Of a DNA stretch of 64,000 bases, positions 54,221-64,000 are shown piece by piece. A program made the translations under genes and the position numbers. A model generated the notes under the pieces. That model searched no databases and had not been told where the DNA came from. It saw only the letters and a list, made by a program, of their open reading frames with translations. Source of the DNA: Eledone cirrhosa (Eukaryota). The stretch spans positions 94,488,001-94,552,000 of the forward strand of contig OZ024740.1 in assembly GCA_964016885.1 (NCBI GenBank). The letters run 5' to 3'. Every line of letters starts with the position of its first letter. Within the stretch, counting starts at the first letter, position 1.

Positions 54221-55129
54221 GCATGTGAGTGGGTTTTTGTGTGTGGGTGTATGTATATATATATATATATGTGTGTATGTGTATTCAATTCAAATTGTGT
54301 TTGTTTCTTTTTGTACATACAAATGATGTAATATGTGACGTTGTTGATAACTTTAGAAACTAATCGTTGAAACTCTTGTTTGTCCATATTTAATTTCCGA
54401 AAAAAATGGAATAACTTTAAAGAAATATATAATTGAAGTGTTTGAAGTATTTTCTCTCTAATATTCAACTTCTCATTTACTGATGCACCATTATCAGTAT
54501 TAATTTACAACGTGTTTGCAGATTCTGTCATCGATGATGTTGATGATATCAAAGATGAAAAATGTATTGTTTGGTCTTCTGAAATATTTCAGAGGACAAT
54601 TCAATCGGTCTTCTATTTGAAAATGATTTCCGAATCTTCCAAGGGTGGAAACAAAATAACTCTCATAAAATAAATACAGCAAATCTTTGCTTTTTTCAAT
54701 AAATAAAACAGAATATTGTAATTACAATTAATCTGACTTTGATTATCATTTTATGAATAACGATTTGACCGATTTACAACATAGCTGTAATGTGATAATT
54801 CTTTCAACTTTAAACATTTTATGAACATGCAAACAAATTGTGTTCCTCATCTTTCTGTTAGCAACCTATGGAGATTATATGAAAAAAAGAAGAAAAAAAC
54901 AAAACAATCGGATTATCAAAGAACTCTACATATGAAATTCAAACGATATTTAAGGTAATATACAGATTCACACTGCTTTATTCTTTTTTACTGAATGGAA
55001 GCATGACATAAATAAGTAGAGAATATATATAAAAACATGCCAATCGATGTCTTTAATCTGCAGCGTAAAGAAGGTATGATATACCGTATATTTTCATAAA
55101 TATAATACAAAGTGCTCCGAAAAGCGATA

Positions 55130-55240
55130 AGGGAATGACATGTAAATCGACCTGTTTGGATGGTCTGCCTTACGAATTTACCCAGGCATGCAATATCTTT
55201 TCCGATATCCTCGAAGATGTCTAGTGCAACTGGCAGGACA
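55130..55240 (+). mobile_element. Small L1/Tx1 ORF2 fragment
   Basis: gtttggatggtctgccttacga...tgcaactggcag matches ~62890-62980. Confidence 0.65.
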
Positions 55241-55626
55241 GTGATAGATTTTGACATTGATTTTGTCATTTTTGTCCATATTTGTGTCATCGCTGTTGTT
55301 GTTGGTGGTGCTGCTGTTGCCGATAATGCATAATGTGGTGTTGACGTCCATAATTGTTATAGGAGGTTGACCTTATTCATCCCAATGTTCGAGATACTCG
55401 CAAATGACAGCTAGCTGAAATGTGTGGGGCGTGATCCTTCCATGTTATTTTATTTAGAAAAATATTTTTCAAGAAATTGAAGTTCATATATCTGTGCCGA
55501 AGGCCCAAATATATGGGGTTGCCTTATAAACCGTTTTTACAAAAATATAATGATCAATCCAATGTGAATTCCTGAAAATGGACAAACGTACAGAGCATTA
55601 TTCAAATACGTCTTGGCAGACCAAAC

Positions 55627-55753
55627 AATAATTATAATTGTTTCTAATTTCGGGACAAGGGCAGCAATTATGCCACTGCATTACTAGTACTTTATTTTAT
55701 CGACCACGTAAGGATGAAACGCAAAGTTAACCTCGGCGGGAGTTGAATTCAGA
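55627..55753 (-). mobile_element. 5'-truncated Meta-domain SINE
   Basis: Matches the family and abuts a second copy. Confidence 0.85.
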
Positions 55754-55754
55754 C

Positions 55755-55947
55755 AATAATAATAATTGTTTCTACTTTAGGCACAAGGCCAGCAATTACC
55801 CAGTGCATTACTTGTACTTTATTTTATCGACCCCGTAAGGATGAAAGGCAAAGTCAACATCGGCGGGATTTGAACTCAGATCGTAAAGGGACGTAACTAT
55901 GCTGGAAAGCATGGCGTCCAACCCTCTACCGATACAGCCAATCCACC
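55755..55947 (-). mobile_element. Meta-domain tRNA-SINE
   Basis: Near full-length match to the family. Confidence 0.9.
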
Positions 55948-55949
55948 GT

Positions 55950-58900
55950 CAGACAATCATAATAATGGTTTCTGATTTGGAGACTTATCTCCAGATCAAT
56001 TCTGAAGTACTAATGAAAACCCTGCTGCAGATTCGTCTCCAAAACAGGACGGTTCTACAAGTAATGACTGTTGGCAAAATGCAGCACTCTTTCGGTTGCG
56101 GTGAAACAACACACTTGCGATCCTTCTGCCCTCAGTTATTGGAAAATGCAAGGTGTCGACAGTTTACTCTGCTGCCGATACCAGGGCCTCAACAACAGCT
56201 AAACATAACAGCACCAAATTCCGCAGCAGCAGGACCAGTGACAGCACCATCAAAATCAACAATACCACCGGAAACGGCCACAAAACACCGAACACAACAG
56301 CAACTTCAAAGACCACCAAGACCACCCGGTGTCCACTCCAAATAAGATCTCCAGCACATACATAGACATTGAAACACAAACACCAATACTCACATTCCCA
56401 CTTACATCTGGCAAAACGAAGAAACCTCTTCATCACAGATCGAAGATTGCGAAAAACCTAAAAAGTCAAAAAAAGAAAACAACAGCAAACAAAGAAGATA
56501 CACTCGCACCAAACACAGACACACATATTACAACACTCATCCCCGCACAATGTCAACACCGACAACACAACCACTGGCACAAACAACTAAAATAAAACAC
56601 ATACAGCAACAATTCAAAATCACAACACCTACCTTGGTGTTAGAAAATCGAACGAAAACTTACTGAACACGAAGGAAGGAAATAGAGAAAGATGGGGAGG
56701 CATTTAGACCCGCCACCTTCAAAGTGACAAATTCACTTTTGCTATTGCGGATGCCATTAGACAATTACGACACAAATGGGCTCAGCTTCCGCAACGACGT
56801 GGGAACACCAGTGTAAAAGACATGTTTAGTATTTTAAAAGGGCTCCCATAGGAACCCAACTAACGAGGCATGAATATCGAAACACCCGACCTTCAAAAGC
56901 TACCAGAGACTAAGTTAACGCTCCTTTTCACCTTTTCGTTAGCGACATGGAGGTGTTAAGAGTTGGATGCATAACTATTCGTGACCAGCTGTCGGCCAGG
57001 ATGCAGTGCAGCTTGTTCATCAATCCCAGTTCACTAGTCGTGGATGTGACAGCCGTCAGTGAGACGAGGATTTCTGACATGCACGCACTAGCCCCTATTT
57101 GTAATGCCTTTTAGATCTACGCATCTCTTAGTCGGCCTGAAATGGGAGGCGAGATGGCAGTGCTGTTTAGGAGAAGCCTGAGTGTCGAGGTACGGAATAT
57201 CTTCCAGGACTCGGACGGTAAGCTGAAGGATCTAGATGTGAACAATAGTGAATGTGGTACTTTCAGACAGGTTGACGTCTACGCTCCGACTGGGGCAGGT
57301 CAGCCATTATTTCTTTAGGCGCCTGGAAGTATTTCTAGGAATTTCTCGCCCTTTAGTGTTAGCGGGAGACTAGAACGGCATTGTGGACGCACGCTGGAAC
57401 TGTGGGGGAGTAGCCGATAGAAGTAGGGATTGCAAAAGCCTCAACAATGTGATCAGCCAGTTTCAACTGTCTGACAGGTATCGACTAGATTTCCTTAATG
57501 CAGTAATATGAACCTGGACAAACCTTTTAAGGACATCTAGATCATACGTAGATAGGTTTCATTATAATGATAGAGTAGTGTGTCCACAATTACATACGGT
57601 AGCCTATTCAGACCACACGTTGTTGATCTGCATGGTCGACCTAAATAAAACATGCAGACAAGACCCGAGTACTGGAAGCTTAACGCGTCATTCCCGGCGC
57701 GTAAAGTCTACAGTGACCGGATTAGCAATTAGTCAAGCTACAGTTGACAGAGGCCATCGTCATCAACAGGTGGTTGGGTGCTCTCTTGAGAGCGGTTAGA
57801 GTAGAAACCATATAATTCAGTAAAGAAGTATCGATTGGAAAAAAATGAAATGGAAGTGGAGTTAGTAACTAATGTAGATGTGGCGATTAGGAATGGCATT
57901 GAACAGACGTGCTAGTTGCGTGAATGGAAATAGACGATTTCTTCAATGCGAAATAATAAGGCCGCATTGTCACATTCAGACGTCTCCTCTAAGAAACGAC
58001 GGAACGAAAGCTGTTCCATGGGTACGAGTTTTGGAGGCGCAGTGTGGTAACAAACAACAATTCGGTCTTTGACGGACCGCGACGAACTATTGCTGAACTA
58101 TTCCTGACAGATCTGTCAGGCCTTTCACCAGCACTTTGCTCGGTCCTTGGGGGGAATTGGTGTACGGAAATGGTGGCGGATCTCTGTCCCTAACTCGATG
58201 GCCTGCCACGTCTCTTTTCCGGCCGATGATGGACGATACGATAGGCTGAAAACTTCGGCCGAAATACGGGATGCCCTACACGGCTGCGTGAGGCGCAAGT
58301 CACCTAGTTTGGATCGTCTGCCCTACAAGTCTTACGTACACATGCTAAACTTGTTCTCTGATCTCCTCTATGCGATGTACTGCAACTGGCACCATAATGA
58401 GATATTCCCAGTTCTGTGAGCCGGGGCGTAGTAATGTTGATGAGGAAAGACGAGAGCAAGAAGGATGTTTAGGTAATTGCAGACACATAACCTTGCTCAA
58501 CACAGAGTTTAAACTGATTTCAAATGTGTGAGCCAAGAGTTTTGCCGCTTGTCGTACATCATTTGGTTGAGGAGGCGCAAATGTGCGCAATCCCGCCTAG
58601 GTTCATACACGACAAACTGCACCTCATGAGATGCATCATAGGGTAGTTTGTAAACCTGGATTTGATGGGGCTCTGATCAATTTAGATCAATCGAAAGCAT
58701 TTGATAGGATCGACCAGCGGTACCTGGAGGCTGTCCTCATGGCTTCGGTCCCGTCCTCAGAGCCAGGATCACTGCAATGCACAAAGGCATGTGCTCGTTG
58801 GTGAAAGTTACTGGCCACCTCTAAGAACCGTTTCAGATCTCCCGATCGGTCGGTCAAGGATGCCTATTCTCGACTCTTATGTACGTATTGACTCCCGAGT

Positions 58901-59500
58901 CTTTACTGCAGAAGCTGGAGCTGTTGCAGGGCATCCCGCTCTAACCAAGACGCGGAAGGGATGTGTCGGCATAAGGGGGTGACATCACGCTGATGGTGTA
59001 GGACACCTCGGAAATTGAGGTTGTCGGCAGCTAATGGAGGAATATCAAAAGTTGACAGGCGAGAAACTAAACCCGAATAAGTCGGTGGGCTTACAATTCG
59101 GCACCTGTAGAACTACATTCATCCCATTCAACTGCGTCGTCGAGCGCTGGACGGATGGAGTGGTAAAGTTGCTCGGTGTTTGGTTCGGACTAGACCTCCA
59201 AGTGGATAATAATTGGGACGAGATGATCAAGTTAGACACTCTCACCCAGAAATGGTCACGCAGAAGCTTTCCCTGAATGTTCGGCTGGTGGTGGTGAATG
59301 CCTAATTATTATTATTGGTCTAATCGGTCGTATTTTGCTCGCTCCCTGTAAGTCGCTTTATTTGCCTGTTAAAATTATTTGGTGTTAAATATGTCTTGTT
59401 TTGTAAGTGATATAAGCCATTAGACTTTGCCCTGTGAAGGGGAAAGTATAATATTTGTGCTTTTGGCCCACCTATTTGTACTCATTTTAAATTAAAAAAA
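55950..59500 (+). mobile_element. Degenerate L1/Tx1-group LINE (ORF1 3' part, APE-RT ORF2, probable 3' UTR)
   Basis: Zinc knuckle remnant FGCGETTHLRSFCP; VYAPTG, YSDH, LDQSKAFDR and VKLLGVWFG; colinear with 60500-63900. Confidence 0.88.
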
Positions 59501-59519
59501 ATTTACGGAGAAAAAAAAA

Positions 59520-62500
59520 ACATGGCTGAGCCACACACCCCTAGCGATATCTCTGCTGTCGTGCGACAATGTCGTAGAAGTTGAGAGAAGCGCTACACGA
59601 AATTAACACAAATTGATAACACAAACACCACCACAAACAATGTAAACAAAGACACCAATGATACCAATGAGAATTCTAATTTTGAAAAAAATGACAGTAA
59701 CAGCGACAACGAAAATACAGATAACAAAAAAAAATGACAAATGCAACGACAATATCAACATCACTAACATGAAAACAAATAGCGTCAACACCAACAGCAA
59801 CAATACCAACTGCCACGAGAACAACGGTGGCAACAAAGACAACAATGATAACAGCGACAGTGATAACAACAACAACAACAAAAACAACGACAATGACAAC
59901 ACCCCAACGAAAACAAGAAGAACACTTTCGCTGCGACAGCAGCATAAAAGAGACAATGCTTCAACATGGACCTCTCAAACAAAGATGAAAAGTTGGCCCA
60001 GGCATGGAAGCTTATCAAGCAAGAGCAAACCTGGGCCAACCTAACTGTCCCGGTAGAAGCTATTGTGGCAGTGGAGCGCAGAACGGTGCATTATAGATGC
60101 ATCTCAGCACAAACCAAAAGGGCAGCTTTAATCCCACAAGAAGATGTCGAAGTCGCGCTGAGGTGCATCAGAGAAGACACCGAATACATAGAGAGGGGCA
60201 GACAGCCGGCACCATTTCGGTGTTGTTCAAGTCAGAAACCCTTGCTATGAAACACGCTATGTTTCCTTGCAGACTCCTCCCACATGGGAAAAAGAACGGC
60301 ACGTCTCCGCATTCCCAGAATCCCACCTAGACTTGACATGTGGTGGCTTCTGGGATGTGTGAGTATGGAGGGGACGGATACCGTCTCTATAGAAGTGACC
60401 AGAACGGCCAGAGAGGAATGGTCTGGGGTTGACCTGGAGATCCTTCACCAGATCAGGCCCGAGAATGTGAAGACAATCCCGGATCACATCCGCCTTCAGA
60501 ATGAGACGGTCATTCACATTGTGACCGAAGGCAAAAGGCCGCAGTGTTTTGTTTGTGGGAAAAAAAAACATTTGCGAGCCTTCTGCCCTCAACCGCTGAA
60601 AGAGGTAAGGGGTCGAAATTCTCCACTGCTGCCGACGCCTGGGCGAGGACCACAACCAAGACCAGCAGCGGCAAAACCAACAACAACAACACCAACAGAA
60701 AGACCACCACCAACATTGACCACCCAGGGGGGAAAAGAGGAAAGCTGTCAAATACCCCCCACACACACACACACACACAAAAAAAATACACACACCAATA
60801 AAACCATAAACATACACACAGACACACTTGCAGAGACAGACTCCTCATCTACCAGTATTGAAGATAAGGCAAAACCCAAATCCCCAAAATACAAAAAGGA
60901 AACACTAAAAGAAATAAAATCTAATAAGCACAAAATCACACAATAAAAAACGCAGACACCACCCACGCAAACATCTCTCCAATAACACCAACATCAACAC
61001 CACCATCACCATCACCAGAATCCCTCAAACGCAAACAACCTAAACAGATGCAAGAACAAATATACGCACAAACGTCTGAAACCACAGACACCGCACACAG
61101 AGCAAATACAGACACAACCGAAACAACACCACCAAAACCATCACCACCACAGCCACGCACAAAATACAATAACTCCAACAAAACGTACAAAACTTCGTGC
61201 TCGTCAGGAGGGCCAACAAGGAACTGATGGCCCTCGTAGCACGAAGTGAAAATATACAAAAAGATGGGGACATTTATAAATCGAGCACATTTCGCGTGCC
61301 GGAAGATTTGTTTCTGGTGCGAATGTCGCTCGATTTATACAAATAATTACGAGACTGCTTTCCTAGGGACGTGGGAACCCCGAATGTAAAACCCACTTCA
61401 AGAATTTTAAAGGGGTTCCCAAAAGAAACCCCACCAACTATGGAGGTCGAATAACCCGACCATCACAAGAGCCCGGAAGGTAAGTACACCTTTCCTCTCT
61501 CTCTTTTTAACCTGCCAACGTGGCCGTATTAAGAGTAGGATGTTTAAATGTTCGAGGCCTGGGGTCGTGCTGGAAGCAGGGTTAACTGCTCAACGACCTC
61601 AGGTCTCTAGAAATGGATGTAATTGCCGTCAGCGAGACCAGGTTACGACACGCGCGCACTAGCCGCCATTTTCGACGACTATCAGATCTTTGCATATGTT
61701 AGTCGGCCGGGAATGGGAGGCGGGGTGGCACTGCTGTTTAGGAAAGGCCTGGTACTCGAGGTAAGGTCGATTTTCCGGGACCCGGACGCGAAGTTGGTGA
61801 TCCTGGATGTGAACAATAATGAAGGTGGTGCCTTTAGACTGGTGGCCGTCTATGCTCCTACTGGGGAAGGACGGCCGGACATCATAAGACGCCTGGAAGA
61901 CTTTTTGAGTAAGTCTCGCCCTTTACAGTTAGCGGGGGACGGGAACGGCATCTTAGACGCACGCTGGGACTGTGTGGGTGCATCCGATAGTAGCGGGAGG
62001 TGCAAAAGCCTCAAGAACCTGATCAGCCAATTCCAAATGTCTGACAGGTACGGACTAGTTTTCTCTAATGCGCCAGTGTAGAGCTGGACTAACCGCATAG
62101 AGTCATCTATATCGTAGATTGCCAGTGTATTCATTAGGAAAATAGACATAAATAGTGTAAGCTGTCCACGTTTTGAGACGGTCGCCTATTCAGATCACAT
62201 GTTTGGGATCTGTATGGTTGACCTAGATAAGACGCGTAGGTTAGGACCTGGTTACTGGAAGCTAAACATGTCATTTCCGGCAGGTAAAGCTTACAGGGAC
62301 AAGGTCAACAATTTAGTTAAGAAAAAGTTGACAGGGGGAGTCGTCAACAATAGATAGTGGGGGCTCTCAAAAGAGAGATTAGAGTAATGTCGATAGAGTT
62401 TAGCAAAGAAGTAGCGATAGAGAAAAATAGAAAGGAGGGGGAGTTGGTAGATAAGATAGACGAGGCTATTGGTAGTGGCATTGCAGCTGACGTGCTAGTG

Positions 62501-64000
62501 GCGAGAATAGCATTAGAATATTTCTTCAATGCGAAACACGAAGGTTGCATTGTCAGAGCTAAGGCGCGTGCTCCGAGCAACGAGGAAACCAAAGCTGTTC
62601 GATGGGCCCGCGTGGCAGAGGCGCAGCGTGGTAATAAAACTACGATTCAGTCATTGACGGACCGAGATGGACACGAGCTGAGCGATTCCAAGCGGTTGTG
62701 TGTGGCTTTTCGTCAACATTTTGCTCGGTTGTTCGGGGGAAGTGGCGGGTAAGAGATGGTGGCGGACTTCAGTCCCTACCTCGATGGCTTTTCCGCAACT
62801 CTCGACGGTTGACGATCTGTGCTGCTAAAGACCAATTACTTCAGCCGAGATTCAGTATGTCCTTGTCGGCTGCATGAGGGGCAGGTCACCCGGTTTGGAT
62901 GGTCTGCCCTACGAGCTTTACTTAAATATGCCAGACTTGTTCTCCAAGATCCTCGAAGCACTCTACTGCAACTGGCAGCAAAACGGAAGTATTCCTAGTC
63001 CTGTGAGCCGGGCGTAGTGACGCTGATAAGGAAAGACGAGAACAAGAGGGAGAAATTAGAAAAGTTCAGCCCCATAACTCTGCTCAACACAGAGTTTAAG
63101 ATTTTGGCCAGTGTGTTAGCGAAGAGATTGGCGCTTGTCGTCGGGGATTTGGTTGAGGAGGCGCAAACTTGCGCAATCCCAATCAGGTCCATACACGACA
63201 ACCTCCACCTAATGCGATACATCATAGAGAGGGTAGGGTGTAAACCTTACTTCGGTGGAGCTCTGATCAATTTAGAACTTTCGAAAGCATTTGATAGGGT
63301 CGACCATCTGTACTTCGAGGCTGTCCTCAAGGCGGCTGGCTTCGGCCCCGCATTCAGAAGCTGGATCACTGCAATGCACAGCGGCACCTGCTCGATGGTC
63401 AACATTAATGGCCACCTCTCGGAATCGTTTCAGGTCTCCCGATTGGTCCGTCAAGAGTGCCCTCTCTCCTCCCTTCTGTACGTATTGACTCTCGAGCCTT
63501 TACTACGAAAGCTGGAGCTATTGCAGGGCATCCCGCTTGAACCGGGACGCGGAAAGGCTGTGTCAGTCTTATGCGGACTACATAACCGTGATGGTGTCGG
63601 ACACATCAGAAATCGAGGTGGTCGGCAACTTATTGGAGGAATATGAAAGGTTTACGGGAGCAAAACTTAACACGGAAAAGTCGGTGGACCTGCAACTCGG
63701 CACCTGGAGAGGCCAGGCCTTGCCATTCAACAGCATCGTTAGGCGCTGGACGGACGGACCGGTAAAGTTGCTCGGCGTTTGGTTCAGGCCAGACCTCCAG
63801 GTGGATAATAATTGGGACGAGGTGACGGGCATTCTGACCCCGAAATCGGCTGGAATGAAGCTATCATTAAAAGGTCGGGAAGAGGTGGCGAACGCGTACA
63901 TCGCTTCCATCATCTACTACAGTCTGACCGTCGTCTCTTGCCCCCGTTCGCGCCTCGCCAACTTGGAGCGGCTCCTCTTCAAATTCTTGTGGAGGGGTCA
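59520..64000 (+). mobile_element. L1/Tx1-group LINE (ORF1 with CCHC knuckle; ORF2 APE endonuclease plus RT), disrupted, runs off the window end
   Basis: CFVCGKKKHLRAFCP; CLNVRGL, GGGVALLFRK, RLVAVYAPT, YSDH, PGYWKLN, SPGLDGLPYE, PITLLNTEFKILA, SKAFDRVDH and VRQECPLSSLLYVLTLEP. Confidence 0.93.

Noticed and set aside
54280-54700. Possible hAT transposase C-terminal relic
   Set aside because: The resemblance is too faint to support without a profile search.

Overview
A gene-free, AT-rich eukaryotic repeat region. The host is probably an octopod cephalopod, judged from OK/OR-like Meta-domain tRNA-SINEs and very abundant (TA)n/(CA)n microsatellites. No host protein-coding gene was recognised; almost all short ORFs are microsatellite artefacts. 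The window is dominated by many Penelope-like retroelement (PLE) families with RT and GIY-YIG remnants, inverted pseudo-LTRs and 3' ends abutting (TA)n. It also holds RTE, CR1-group and two tandem L1/Tx1 LINE relics, a mariner relic and seven SINE copies. Reading both strands by eye shows more than 15 type-I hammerhead ribozyme (HHR) motifs from about 10 sequence families, nearly all with a family-specific palindromic stem III. They sit in PLE pseudo-LTRs, in ORF-less fold-back elements and in short retrozyme-like tandem units of about 310-350 bp. A 6.1-kb array of about 520-bp units carries a permuted HHR-like core in each unit. All ribozyme calls are manual motif and pairing reads, not covariance-model or cleavage results, and element boundaries are approximate.
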